Notes under the pieces: model-generated
The model's database searches: none
Told to the model about the DNA's origin: nothing
Seen by the model: only the letters and a program-made list of their open reading frames with translations
Shown: in pieces, positions 9,941 through 20,139 of the stretch
How the letters are laid out: each line of letters begins with the position of its first letter
Numbering within the stretch: the first letter of the stretch is position 1
Made by a program: the position numbers and the translations under genes
Origin: a virus
IMG/VR virus record: IMGVR_UViG_3300045988_122383
Location: 24,896-88,895 of that record
Length of the DNA stretch: 64,000 nt
Direction: 5' to 3' (one strand)

Positions 9941-10969
9941 TTATTTAAGTGTATACAAATAGTTATTTAACAATAGTTCCCATTTTTTAGGGTCATCAGT
10001 AGGTGATTCTTTTTCGTCAAGGATTCCTTCTTTTGAGTTATCCATAATGTATGAAATCGGAACTCCATCAATAAAACGATCGCCAAGCTTTTGAATCTCT
10101 TCTAACTCAACATCTTTGTCAAAAATAAATACTATTTCAACTCCGAGTCTTGTTAACATGTCAATTTGCTGTCTTGAAACTTGCTTGCCGCCAGTCGCCA
10201 CAACATTTTGATATCCGTATGACCATAGCTGCATGACAGCTTTTTCTGCTTCAGCAACATATACTCTTCCAGCCCTTTCTATATAAGGTAGAGTTTTATT
10301 CAATCCGTATAAGATTCTTTGTCTAGCGCATGGCTCAATATATAAATATTTCAAATCATGTTTGTCTAACTCTTTCTTGAACAATCGTCCTTTAACACCT
10401 ACCAAATCGCCAATTTCAGAAAAAATAGGTATTGTAATTCTGTTGGTATCTTCGTCATAGCCAATATTAAATTCTTTCTGTGTTAAATAAGTAATATGAT
10501 CTTCATAAAACAGATCATTAACATAGTCCTTATAATAAGAAAGAATTCGTTTTGAAATTGGTTTGACTGGTTTATCTTCTTCGGTTTCTATATTTTCTTT
10601 CATATCATGAATCAATTGAGTGATCTGCAAACTTTCTGGCAATTGCTCATTAAAATCATGATAATAATCTATACCAATCAAATTGGCTAGATATTTTAAA
10701 CCGTCTGGGAAAGACAGACTTTTTGTAAAGCATACCAAGTCAATTAAATCTGTCTGTCTTTCTTTTACTGTCATTTTTCTTGTATAATTTGTGCAATTTA
10801 GGTTTTCGTTGTTATATGTAATAACTGCGGATTCATTATCCCCATCTTTATTTGCACAGCTCCAATATCCAGACGAATGATATTTAATATGATGACAGCC
10901 TATATCTTTCAGAATATTTTCTACATAATTATTGTCGTATATATATTCTTTTAGCTGTGCTACATCCAT
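9941..10969 (-). CDS. DNA primase (DnaG-like, Toprim domain).
   Basis: Toprim-like segment VYVAEAEKAVMQLWSYGYQNVVATGG...VFIFDKDVE and an N-terminal Cys/His-rich region. The gene sits between the RecJ-like and DnaB-like genes. Confidence 0.55.
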   Translation of the reverse strand: MDVAQLKEYIYDNNYVENILKDIGCHHIKYHSSGYWSCANKDGDNESAVITYNNENLNCTNYTRKMTVKERQTDLIDLVCFTKSLSFPDGLKYLANLIGIDYYHDFNEQLPESLQITQLIHDMKENIETEEDKPVKPISKRILSYYKDYVNDLFYEDHITYLTQKEFNIGYDEDTNRITIPIFSEIGDLVGVKGRLFKKELDKHDLKYLYIEPCARQRILYGLNKTLPYIERAGRVYVAEAEKAVMQLWSYGYQNVVATGGKQVSRQQIDMLTRLGVEIVFIFDKDVELEEIQKLGDRFIDGVPISYIMDNSKEGILDEKESPTDDPKKWELLLNNYLYTLK

Positions 10970-10972
10970 AAC

Positions 10973-12526
10973 CTACGCTCCGTTTTTCTCTCGTTTTATG
11001 ACATATCCTATTTCGTCCCAAGTATTTAAATCCAAATTGATTTCAAAAATTGGAATAACATTCTTGTTACCGCCTCGGTTTTTATCAACCTTAATACAGA
11101 AATATGTCTTGTCCTTTTTTAGATCGTGCGCCTGTGGCTCTCCCCAATCACTAATTGATATATACTGATATTTATAATATTCGTCAGGATGTAATCTTTT
11201 ACCAAGCATTAAGATGTCAGCAACGTGCTTAATCTGTTTTGCATTGGCAATATTATTACTACTTAGTTGGAATATATCTGTATACACCGTATCATCAGTT
11301 AACTGGAATACAGAAAAGCAAAACATATGGATCTCTTTCATAAGTTCTTTAATTTTTGTGGCTGTCTGTTTCACTGTTTGCCAATCATCAATACGATAAC
11401 CTTTTAATGTATCATAACCACAATATTTCACATCATATAACATACGATGTTTTCTAAATTCAAACTCTAATGCCGAATCTGAGTAGTCAGAGCCAACATC
11501 TTTGAAATATAATTTCCCTTGACGTTTCTGATCAACCCATTTTGCAACTTGCATAACTTTCTGGAACTCATCTGACGTAGTAGCCACTCTATGTTTGTAC
11601 TCATCTTCTGTTTCAATAAAGTCTCCATTTTCATTTGTTTTTCTTTCAATCACATTGCCATTGTTATCTCTGTAAATACCAAGAACTATTTCTTCTTCTG
11701 GTTTTTCAATATCAATACCATGAAGCTCTTTGAAGCATTTGTTGTTAATCACTGTAACGACTAAGCAATTTCGTAAATCGTCCTCATCCATCTCATTACT
11801 GAGCAATAAAAATTTCTCGTCCATTGCCAATACGATATATGCAATCAACAACATCATATTTCTTGATTTTCCTTCATTACTTAAGAATCCATTAAAAATT
11901 ACTTTTCCAAGGCGACATCCTCTGAACATCTTATTGAGAATCGCCCAAGGTAACGGAATCCCTAAATCTGGTTTTGATAAAAATGATTCAACCTGTGATT
12001 CAACACCACTATTCAATAAGACAGAATCTTCACCTGCGCTAATAACAGTATTAATTTTGTCTGCCTGAGATCGAATCACTCTATAAATATCTTTTGCTTC
12101 CCATTTTTCAAATAACCTATGGTTTAAAATTCGTTGAACAGGATATCCATTTCTGTCATACTCTCTTACAAGAGAATATTTCTTAACGAGATTATAATAT
12201 TTTTTAAAATCATCACAATCTGCAACCTGCATCCATGATGAAATTGTCTTCCACCCTTTGTATCTTTTGTATGTCCTAAGTCTTTCATCTGATTGACTCA
12301 TAAACATATTTACCTTATCTTCCTCAATCGTCTGAGTAAATGTTTTGTACATAATCTCAAACATATCATAGAAAAATTTACATGCCTCATCACTGAAATC
12401 ATACTGACTTCTCATATATCCACCATAAGAAACATATAAATCTGGTTGTTTATACAAAGCACCGATAAACATCATTTCACTCTGAATGTTAGTTACACTT
12501 TTACGTTCTACTGTTTCTTCTGTCAA
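10973..12526 (-). CDS. DnaB-like replicative DNA helicase.
   Basis: DnaB-like N-terminal region, a degenerate P-loop GFLSNEGKS and the C-terminal KNRGG motif (DnaB H4 K-x-RNG). The ORF is 517 aa. Confidence 0.6.
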   Translation of the reverse strand: MTEETVERKSVTNIQSEMMFIGALYKQPDLYVSYGGYMRSQYDFSDEACKFFYDMFEIMYKTFTQTIEEDKVNMFMSQSDERLRTYKRYKGWKTISSWMQVADCDDFKKYYNLVKKYSLVREYDRNGYPVQRILNHRLFEKWEAKDIYRVIRSQADKINTVISAGEDSVLLNSGVESQVESFLSKPDLGIPLPWAILNKMFRGCRLGKVIFNGFLSNEGKSRNMMLLIAYIVLAMDEKFLLLSNEMDEDDLRNCLVVTVINNKCFKELHGIDIEKPEEEIVLGIYRDNNGNVIERKTNENGDFIETEDEYKHRVATTSDEFQKVMQVAKWVDQKRQGKLYFKDVGSDYSDSALEFEFRKHRMLYDVKYCGYDTLKGYRIDDWQTVKQTATKIKELMKEIHMFCFSVFQLTDDTVYTDIFQLSSNNIANAKQIKHVADILMLGKRLHPDEYYKYQYISISDWGEPQAHDLKKDKTYFCIKVDKNRGGNKNVIPIFEINLDLNTWDEIGYVIKREKNGA

Positions 12527-13218
12527 TCAAGTCCCTCACCAAAAATATCACTTAAAATGTCGTCCATGTTATCGTCTTGTGTGGCTGTTACTACAGTTTT
12601 CTGAGTTGTGATATTATTTGTTTCAACAAAAGATTTTGCAAATTTTTCATTATTCTTTTTGTCTACTTCATTTAATTTCTGTTTCTCTTTCCATCGTAAA
12701 TAACTATCATACTTTCCTACTAAAACTGCCAAATCATAATTAACCTGGTGTGTTGGATTATCTTCATCCATCGTTCCTTTTTGTATCAAAAATGTTCGAT
12801 TTTTCTTAAGATATTTCATTTGACGCTTCCACATATCTAAAAGATCACTTGGTGGAATTGGTTTCGCCAGACCACGATATGTACCTTTATAAATACTTTT
12901 CAATTTTGTAAAAACATATGCTGGTACAGAACCAATGTAGTTATAATTATCAAGAATAAACCGATATACTTTGTCTTCTAACAATCTTGGTTCAAGTAAC
13001 ACTCGTGCTTTCTGATTATATTCATCAATCTTAGACAATGCAGATAACCATTTGTCATGTTTAGTATTTTTAGATAATAATTTTGCTTCACACATTTTGC
13101 GGAAACATTCTTTGTGATAATAACTATTGTCATATTTAACAATCTCTTGCACTTTATCTAAATCAAGTTCAATTACTTCTTTGCAATAAGCGCATTTTAC
13201 TGTTAAAACATCTGCCAT
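12523..13218 (-). CDS. Hypothetical protein with an N-terminal zinc-ribbon-like CxxC...H..C segment.
   Basis: ORF of 231 aa; KCAYCKEVIELD...YYHKECF. It overlaps the downstream gene by 4 nt. Confidence 0.5.
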   Translation of the reverse strand: MADVLTVKCAYCKEVIELDLDKVQEIVKYDNSYYHKECFRKMCEAKLLSKNTKHDKWLSALSKIDEYNQKARVLLEPRLLEDKVYRFILDNYNYIGSVPAYVFTKLKSIYKGTYRGLAKPIPPSDLLDMWKRQMKYLKKNRTFLIQKGTMDEDNPTHQVNYDLAVLVGKYDSYLRWKEKQKLNEVDKKNNEKFAKSFVETNNITTQKTVVTATQDDNMDDILSDIFGEGLD

Positions 13219-13297
13219 ACTACAGTTACTCCTCGTCTAATATCAAAGGATTAGGTAGCCAAAATGGCTACCATATAAACCCTTTTATAATTTCACC

Positions 13298-14512
13298 TTA
13301 TCCTTCCTGATCTTCTTTGATTTTTTTCACTAAGATTTCTTCTATCTTCTTTAGCTGATCAAGATCATTAAGACGACTAAAGGCGGTAGGTAATCCTTCT
13401 TTGGCGAGCTTATCTTTCATTTCCTGTCTTTTTGGAGGGGCTAATTTTTTAATTCTATCAGAAATTCGTTTTTTTACATCCTGAACAGAATCTTTTTTGC
13501 TAGATGAGCCACTGGATAACACACCAGATTCTTCTTTTTCTGCTTCCTCTTCGGAAACTGGTTTACCTGCTTCTCCAAGAATTTCTCTCTTATAGATTTT
13601 CTGTTCGACATCTACTGCTTTTGTAAGAGCATTACCAAGTGTAAACTCTTTGTTCCCAACAGAATTATCAATAACTTTCTGCCAAGCTAACATCTGTGGA
13701 TCTTCTACAATCTCGTTCTTTTTATATGTATGTGTTCTATCTTTCAATATCTGAGCACAAACCATATCAGTTTCACTATCAACGAATGTACGAATTACTG
13801 TTTTGGCGTTATAATCCATACCTTTAAATCCGTCAATAATTTTACGACCTGTTGTAACAGTTTCTCTTTTACCATCAATCATCTTAGATTCTGTTTCATC
13901 TTTTTCTCTTGCTGTTACAACACAATGTGCTCCAGAAGCTAATAAATCAAGAATTAAATCCTGACCTTTGAAATTTACAGTCTGGTAATCTTTTAATTCC
14001 ATACCTGCACCTTCAATCTTGACAAGTCTGGCTTCACCTGTCATATTTGCAGCATCCGCTTTTACACGATTTCTTTTCTTAGAGAACTCAATCAATCCCT
14101 GTTTTGTAGTCAGATTTAAGATTGTTGATCCATCTACAACAATTGCATCAGCTCTAAATGGAAGACCATCTGCATCTAAAACTACATCATCAGTTTCTTC
14201 TCCATCGTCATCAAGCTCGTAGAAGTCACCGTTTGTTTTAACTGTATCAATATAATGTCTTACTTCTCCTAAGCTCTGAGTGTAAACAATGTAAATGTTT
14301 TCGAGATTTACACCATTTTCCTCTAATTCTGGTAAATAATCATCAATACTTCCTGATTCAGAGTCTAAATATAAGACTCTGAAAGGTTTCCCATCTGGGC
14401 GTTTAAAATACGCTAACTGCATTGCCAGTGTACTTTTACCAGTAAAAGGTTCTCCATAAATAATAGTCATCAATTTACTCTGTGTTTTTGCTGCTTTTCT
14501 TGCTTTTGCCAA
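13298..14512 (-). CDS. AAA/RecA-like ATPase, possibly a phage AAA_24 (Sak4-like) protein.
   Basis: Walker A YGEPFTGKST and an acidic, lysine-rich C-terminal region. This is the typical position next to the SSB in phage replication modules. Confidence 0.55.
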   Translation of the reverse strand: MAKARKAAKTQSKLMTIIYGEPFTGKSTLAMQLAYFKRPDGKPFRVLYLDSESGSIDDYLPELEENGVNLENIYIVYTQSLGEVRHYIDTVKTNGDFYELDDDGEETDDVVLDADGLPFRADAIVVDGSTILNLTTKQGLIEFSKKRNRVKADAANMTGEARLVKIEGAGMELKDYQTVNFKGQDLILDLLASGAHCVVTAREKDETESKMIDGKRETVTTGRKIIDGFKGMDYNAKTVIRTFVDSETDMVCAQILKDRTHTYKKNEIVEDPQMLAWQKVIDNSVGNKEFTLGNALTKAVDVEQKIYKREILGEAGKPVSEEEAEKEESGVLSSGSSSKKDSVQDVKKRISDRIKKLAPPKRQEMKDKLAKEGLPTAFSRLNDLDQLKKIEEILVKKIKEDQEG

Positions 14513-14577
14513 ATGTAAAACTCCTTTATGTATATATTGTTTTTGTTATTTATTTGTGAAACGATTTAGAATTGCTC

Positions 14578-15690
14578 TTACCAAACATCGCCTTCAGTAT
14601 CATCTGAAGAATCATCAAAACCAGATCCCCATTCATCATCTGTAGAAGAACTACTTGTCTGTTTATCATCAGACTCACCGAAATCACTTCTTGCTGCTTC
14701 TGCCTTTTTAATAGCTTCAATCGCTGCATCAATTGCTTCTCTGGTGTATGTTTCTGAATCAATACTGTCTTTGCTTGCGCCAGTGATAATAAGTTCTTTT
14801 CTTGCAGAATTTACGACTCTCTTTGTAGGATCTGCTTCTCCCCATCCATCATCTTCTACTTCAACTTCTTCTGTCTGAATTTCTGTCTTAATATGTCCCC
14901 AAACTTCAATAGATGAATATGGCTTCACATTTTTCTTAAAAGTTTTTGCTAATTTCTTATTTGTCATATAGAATTCAGCGTCATCAACAGATGAATAACC
15001 AATAATCTTTCCATAAACGATAAAACGTCCTGTTGGCACATCATTTTCTTTTTCCTGTTCGATATTTGTGAATACCATTGTCTGTTTGAAATCAGATCTT
15101 ACTTTACGTTCTTCATCATCAAGATCAATTTCTTTACTTGTTAAACTAATCTGTGTTGGAGACATTCTTGACCACTGACGTTTAGTACCGTCTTCCCCAG
15201 TAAAACTTCCATATTCAATATCTCCTTTGATGAATACGCTCTGGTTGTCTGCCATATGTTCTGAAGTATATTTTGTTAAATCAAATGGATCTAAGACAAC
15301 TTTCTTATTAACAACCTGTCCTTTATCATTGGTCTCTTTTTCAAGACCTGCTCTTGAACCAATAATTGCCCAACCTTCGCCAAGTCCTAATTCTTCAGCC
15401 GATTTAAAACGATCCGCCCAAGGAATTTTTTTAGTTTTGTATGTACCGTCTTTCTCTCGTTTGATAAAACATACTGTAGGTTTTTCAAATGCCTGAATTT
15501 TACATCCAACTTTTACATCGGGTTCTACTTTAACTCCGAAAGATAACGTTCGTTTATCTTTGCCTTTCTGCGTTTTACCTTCCTTATAAAAGTCGTCTTT
15601 TGCACAATCAGTGATTAATCCTTCTAACTGAAATGTACCTTTAGTTTCTGGTAAGTTGAAAAGTCTTTTAGATTTTGTGTTTTCTGCCAA
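14578..15690 (-). CDS. Putative single-strand DNA-binding protein, inferred from its strongly acidic C-terminal tail.
   Basis: ORF of 370 aa that ends DDEWGSGFDDSSDDTEGDVW, an acidic tail with a hydrophobic tip of the SSB type. The gene order follows the AAA ATPase. The function is only inferred. Confidence 0.35.
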   Translation of the reverse strand: MAENTKSKRLFNLPETKGTFQLEGLITDCAKDDFYKEGKTQKGKDKRTLSFGVKVEPDVKVGCKIQAFEKPTVCFIKREKDGTYKTKKIPWADRFKSAEELGLGEGWAIIGSRAGLEKETNDKGQVVNKKVVLDPFDLTKYTSEHMADNQSVFIKGDIEYGSFTGEDGTKRQWSRMSPTQISLTSKEIDLDDEERKVRSDFKQTMVFTNIEQEKENDVPTGRFIVYGKIIGYSSVDDAEFYMTNKKLAKTFKKNVKPYSSIEVWGHIKTEIQTEEVEVEDDGWGEADPTKRVVNSARKELIITGASKDSIDSETYTREAIDAAIEAIKKAEAARSDFGESDDKQTSSSSTDDEWGSGFDDSSDDTEGDVW

Positions 15691-15899
15691 ATAAATTTAC
15701 CTCTTTCTGTTATTAAATTTGTTTAGTTAGTTTTTAGTTTGTAAATAAGTCATCAATTTATATCCACTGTCAACTCTGCCAAAGTCAACAGGAACAAAAA
15801 ATAATTTTATCTGATCGTCTTATATTGTTATAATCGTTCTAGCACGTTTATAACAAATGCGTCAAAAAAATAATAAAAGTTGTTTGCGTTATTCAACTT

Positions 15900-16442
15900 T
15901 TATAATCTGGAAAATGTTGTTGATCGCATTCTTTTAATCTTTTGTTGTATCGCTTGAAATGATGTACCAAACATTTTTGCGATTTCTTGATATGTATAAC
16001 CTTTTGATTTTAAATCAACAATCATTCTGTCCTTATTGTTTAGTGTGTAACATTTATCTTGAAAATTCAACTTGAAAATAATATTTTTTTCAAAATTTTC
16101 TTCATCCTTTAAAAGAAATGAATTTTCATTTTTGTCTTCATCCCAATCATCTAACATATGATTATATGAAATAGTATTCATATCACCCTTTCTTCTCTGC
16201 CGAAATCTGTATTTATTATATACCGTTATTTCATTTTGTATACATAAATACGCATATGTCGAAAATGATTTAGATCGTGTTTCATCATAATCAATTGCTG
16301 CCTTACACAACCCAATAGCAGCGAATCCATAATAGTCATCAAAATCTTGTCTGCGGATACCGCATTTTGTCATAGCAGAGTAAATCAAATTATGATTTTG
16401 TTCTACTAATTTTCTCTGTTCATCATTTAATTTCAACGACAT
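15900..16442 (-). CDS. Phage RNA polymerase sigma factor (sigma-70 family), paralog 1.
   Basis: Region-2-like FSTYAYLCIQNEI and a region-4 HTH YTYQEIAKMFGTSFQAIQQKIKRMR. The N-terminus LNDEQRKLVEQN is shared with the paralog at 22556..23089. Confidence 0.7.
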   Translation of the reverse strand: MSLKLNDEQRKLVEQNHNLIYSAMTKCGIRRQDFDDYYGFAAIGLCKAAIDYDETRSKSFSTYAYLCIQNEITVYNKYRFRQRRKGDMNTISYNHMLDDWDEDKNENSFLLKDEENFEKNIIFKLNFQDKCYTLNNKDRMIVDLKSKGYTYQEIAKMFGTSFQAIQQKIKRMRSTTFSRL

Positions 16443-16471
16443 TTACTCCTTTATTTACTTGTATTTATGTA

Positions 16472-16708
16472 TTATCCCTTGTAAAAAGGTTCCCATTGCT
16501 TAGGTGGAAACTGGTTTAATTTCCAGTCATCAGGATAATTATAGGAGATATGACATATTTGCCTAGCTCCCCCGTCCCACAATTCTAAAAACGGACATTT
16601 ACTACTACAACCACAGCTATCTTTGTTAATAGAACAAATATCTTGAATTGTTTTTAGCGCAACAGCCACTGCTTCTTCTGTATACTCTCCATAATTTTTC
16701 TCATCCAT
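16472..16708 (-). CDS. Small Cys-rich protein, paralog A (possible zinc-binding regulator).
   Basis: ALKTIQDICS...CGCSSKCPF...C motif, 78 aa. It is paralogous to the next gene. Confidence 0.5.
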   Translation of the reverse strand: MDEKNYGEYTEEAVAVALKTIQDICSINKDSCGCSSKCPFLELWDGGARQICHISYNYPDDWKLNQFPPKQWEPFYKG

Positions 16709-16721
16709 AAATATTTACCTC

Positions 16722-16946
16722 CTACTTTCTAAATGCTCGCCACGTAGTATCTGGATCATCATCAATCTCCCAAACATAAGGATCAGAATCTCTAATCGTG
16801 CAACTTGGTGCCCTCCCTGTCATTGTACATAATGGGCATTTTTTGCAATCTTCATCATTGCCATGAAGATAATACTCACATGTATCCTGAATTACATGCA
16901 ATGCATTTAAAATCTCTTCAGGTGTATGTAATTTACTTTTCTCCAT
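16722..16946 (-). CDS. Small Cys-rich protein, paralog B.
   Basis: Start moved to the ATG at 16946, which has an AAGGAG ribosome-binding site. ALHVIQDTCE...CKKCPLC...C aligns with paralog A. Confidence 0.5.
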   Translation of the reverse strand: MEKSKLHTPEEILNALHVIQDTCEYYLHGNDEDCKKCPLCTMTGRAPSCTIRDSDPYVWEIDDDPDTTWRAFRK

Positions 16947-17439
16947 TATATTTCTCCTTAATTGTATCAATTGCAAACTGCAACGCCTCATCTTGAATTG
17001 TTGTATAATCATTTATGGAAATCATATCATTTAATACATGGATGTACTGTGCCGCATTGGTTTTAGTAGATAGTAGCTTTTCGGAATCTCTATTCTCTAT
17101 GTCGTTCACAGTCAATGTATCGCACACATTAATACACGAATTCACCAATTCGTTCCATAACGAAAAAACAAAATATCTCGCTGCAATCGGCTGACATTTT
17201 AGTTCATCAACTAGCGGTTTCGTCAGTTGAAACGTATCAAGTAAACTACATATATTATAATATTTTCGAAGTATATGATCTTGTTTATTTGATTCAACAT
17301 CATTCATTGGAAGTGTTAAACTATCTCTTAATTCTTCTAACTGCCCGTATGTAAACACTTTATTATTTTCTTTCTTCACTCTGTCTTTCCCATTCCTTTC
17401 TCCAATAATCATCTTCTTTGATATTGCCAAGTTTAACAT
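16933..17439 (-). CDS. Hypothetical protein.
   Basis: ORF of 168 aa in the co-directional minus-strand array with no recognized motif. The true start may be internal, since it overlaps the upstream ORF. Confidence 0.45.
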   Translation of the reverse strand: MLNLAISKKMIIGERNGKDRVKKENNKVFTYGQLEELRDSLTLPMNDVESNKQDHILRKYYNICSLLDTFQLTKPLVDELKCQPIAARYFVFSLWNELVNSCINVCDTLTVNDIENRDSEKLLSTKTNAAQYIHVLNDMISINDYTTIQDEALQFAIDTIKEKYNGEK

Positions 17440-17782
17440 ATTGACTGGGCTTGATTTCTCCTAAATCAATCATATCAGAACCATAAACAGATAACATCTG
17501 CCACGCCAAATCTTCATCACTATAAATAATCAAGTAAGCGTCTTCGTCGTCATCAATCAATTGCACCACATCATATTCAAACTCATTTTCTCTACCTGTT
17601 GATCTACAGATAGACTCTGGCTTAATTTGACATCCGTACATATTAGCATTATCTTTTTCTTCTGATCCATATCCTTGGAATAACAACCACTCATTACCGA
17701 TATATGTTCCGACAAACCATTTATTATCACAGTGGTTTTGTGCTCGACAATACATTCCATTGTCTTGATAAAGCTTGTTCAT
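17363..17782 (-). CDS. Hypothetical protein.
   Basis: ORF of 139 aa in the minus-strand array. Confidence 0.45.
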   Translation of the reverse strand: MNKLYQDNGMYCRAQNHCDNKWFVGTYIGNEWLLFQGYGSEEKDNANMYGCQIKPESICRSTGRENEFEYDVVQLIDDDEDAYLIIYSDEDLAWQMLSVYGSDMIDLGEIKPSQYVKLGNIKEDDYWRKEWERQSEERK

Positions 17783-17789
17783 ATTTCAA

Positions 17790-18185
17790 TCACTCTCCTA
17801 ACTCAATTCCACAAATTTCTTTCGCCAGTTCTCTTACTGCAATACGCTCTTCCCAAACACAATATCCATCATCTTCATCAATTGTAAGATTGTTGTTATA
17901 CATGAATTTCAGCAAGTCCTCCAACGTATGAATATCTTTCTTAACTTCATTCACCTTGCCATAAAACTCTCGTTTTAAAACCGATTTTATTTCTGATTCA
18001 GTGCGATATATCTCTTCTAAAAGAACCATATATAAACCATGCGTTATACTGTCTTGTATCATTATATATATTAGATCGCCAAGGCATTTAATCTCCGTAA
18101 TAATTCCAGATTTAACAGTATATGGTTCATCGTACCAAGCAAAATACACTTCGTCTCCAACTTTAAAATCGCCCATCTTTATCAC
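17790..18185 (-). CDS. Hypothetical protein.
   Basis: ORF of 131 aa. Confidence 0.45.
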   Translation of the reverse strand: MIKMGDFKVGDEVYFAWYDEPYTVKSGIITEIKCLGDLIYIMIQDSITHGLYMVLLEEIYRTESEIKSVLKREFYGKVNEVKKDIHTLEDLLKFMYNNNLTIDEDDGYCVWEERIAVRELAKEICGIELGE

Positions 18186-18191
18186 CTCTTT

Positions 18192-18398
18192 CTAACACCA
18201 AGCCCACAAAATTACTCCAATTAAGCATACTACATGTAACATAATCCATAAGAAAAATGTCCTATAATATTTAGTCCAATTCCAATTGTCCGAGTCATCA
18301 CGAGCAGTAATTATGAACCAAACCCAAGCAGCTACATACAACAATACGCACACAGCAATTGAAAATATTCTGATTGTTAATTTAACATTATCTATCAT
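18192..18398 (-). CDS. Small membrane protein (two predicted transmembrane helices).
   Basis: 68 aa with hydrophobic stretches IFSIAVCVLLYVAAWVWFII and FFLWIMLHVVCLIGVILWAW. Confidence 0.4.
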   Translation of the reverse strand: MIDNVKLTIRIFSIAVCVLLYVAAWVWFIITARDDSDNWNWTKYYRTFFLWIMLHVVCLIGVILWAWC

Positions 18399-18407
18399 TG
18401 CATCCTA

Positions 18408-18947
18408 CTATTCATTGACTTCAACTGGCTCTAATTTGTCTTTATTTTTAACAAAATCCAACATGACTTCTTCTTGTATATCTTCATATAATTTGTCATA
18501 GTATGTTTTCTTTAATTTAAAAAATGCTACTTTCAAATCTTCACAATAAAACCTACCTCTTTGCCCATTTTTAATTTGCCGATAAGGATTTTCAGGGTGC
18601 TCGTACACAACAGAAATTGTTCCATCTCCATCATATGTAGTCTCCATCGAAATACTACCATTCTTAAGAGCATGATACATAACCTGATTATCTTCAATAA
18701 AACCATATGGATGCCACTCATAATCATCAGGAATAACAGTTGGTTCAATAACATCAAAATATTTTTCCAATTCATCTCCTGACATCACGCCAAGATGTAC
18801 TCCATCTACACCAAATCTAAAATTAATAACATTTTCATCTGTATCAATCTTAACAATCTCACATACCTCGCCAAGATTATCGAAGCATCCCATTGGTTTC
18901 TTTAATTTAATCTTATGATCTGTTGTCAATTCATTAATATTAATCAT
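18408..18947 (-). CDS. Hypothetical protein.
   Basis: ORF of 179 aa; overlaps the upstream gene by 4 nt. Confidence 0.45.
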   Translation of the reverse strand: MININELTTDHKIKLKKPMGCFDNLGEVCEIVKIDTDENVINFRFGVDGVHLGVMSGDELEKYFDVIEPTVIPDDYEWHPYGFIEDNQVMYHALKNGSISMETTYDGDGTISVVYEHPENPYRQIKNGQRGRFYCEDLKVAFFKLKKTYYDKLYEDIQEEVMLDFVKNKDKLEPVEVNE

Positions 18948-19978
18948 GCTGCCACCTTACCTTTCTTACTAAAATGTTTATTCCATGCATCAACCGCTTC
19001 TTGTTGATCGGCAGTTAGAGGATCATTGAATCTTTGCAGTGCTTGTACGATTCGTCCATTTTGTATTTCAATCGTCACTAACGATTTGTTTGGTTCTTTT
19101 ACTCTTCTCAAGAACATAATATGGCATTCGCCATCAATGACTCGATCTATGTAACTTGCCACACAATTATTTTGCTGCACCGCTTCGTCTTTAATGTCTT
19201 GAGTAGAATCTGGATAAAAGAATCTCAGTCCTTTATATGTAAATTCGTATTCTTTGTTAATACGGTTCTTAAAGACTTCTTCCGAAAATTCTTTTTGCAA
19301 TCTTTTGTAATTTCTTGTGACAATATCCATTGTTGTTTTGAAATGTCTTGGATATCTATCAAATTTATGACTGATTGCGTCCATCATACGGGCATAATCA
19401 CGCAATTCTCCGAGTAACCAATTTATACTATTGGTAGCAGCTTCAAATGTAATTATTCTATCTATATAAACAAACACATCTGCAAGATTATAGCCATAAT
19501 CCTGATTTAAAGCCTCCAAAATTTTTGTGAAACGATATCTATGATTATCCTCGAAGAAATTTATTAAATATTCTTTAGTTAATGTCATATACTCTGTCTG
19601 CAAAATCGTTTGTACATAATCTGGATACATCTTATAAAAATCAACAAAATCATTACTTAACAATCGTCTATTCTTCACACCAAGACAATAATTCCTTAAC
19701 CATTTTGGTACTTCATTGATTGAATATTTAAAATCTTCTGTGACTTGTTTATGTGTAAATCCTATAGCAAAGAACTGCTCACATACCGAATATTTACTTG
19801 CATATTTAAACAATGTTCCTAAATTATAATCAATGAAGCCCCATGTAGTTCTTCCCATTTCACAATTTTTTCGCCAGTTTACATATTTTAAAAACTCTGC
19901 ATAATGTGGATCGGACACAAATAATTTATCCAATTCATCAGCCGAATGCCCAGACAGAATATTATTTAAAGCTTTCAC
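18944..19978 (-). CDS. Hypothetical protein of about 344 aa.
   Basis: The track starts this ORF at a GTG. The same frame stays open upstream for about 35 codons to a TGA without any ATG, so the true start is uncertain. Confidence 0.45.
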   Translation of the reverse strand: MKALNNILSGHSADELDKLFVSDPHYAEFLKYVNWRKNCEMGRTTWGFIDYNLGTLFKYASKYSVCEQFFAIGFTHKQVTEDFKYSINEVPKWLRNYCLGVKNRRLLSNDFVDFYKMYPDYVQTILQTEYMTLTKEYLINFFEDNHRYRFTKILEALNQDYGYNLADVFVYIDRIITFEAATNSINWLLGELRDYARMMDAISHKFDRYPRHFKTTMDIVTRNYKRLQKEFSEEVFKNRINKEYEFTYKGLRFFYPDSTQDIKDEAVQQNNCVASYIDRVIDGECHIMFLRRVKEPNKSLVTIEIQNGRIVQALQRFNDPLTADQQEAVDAWNKHFSKKGKVAA

Positions 19979-20139
19979 TTTCTTACCACTTTTGCCATAG
20001 CAATCACCATTTGATAAATCATATTTGCAAGTTTTACCATCATCCAGATGGAAAATAATACACTTGCCTTGTTTTTCTGCCGTGATAATGTTTCAACTCC
20101 TTTCATTTCGCCTCAAATTCCTATTTTATATCATTGCAT

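Noticed and set aside
17557-18782. Alternative-frame ORFs (17557..17760, 18533..18775, 18561..18782) overlapping the larger minus-strand ORFs.
   Set aside because: They are fully contained in longer co-directional ORFs in other frames. The shorter, lower-complexity frames were discarded.
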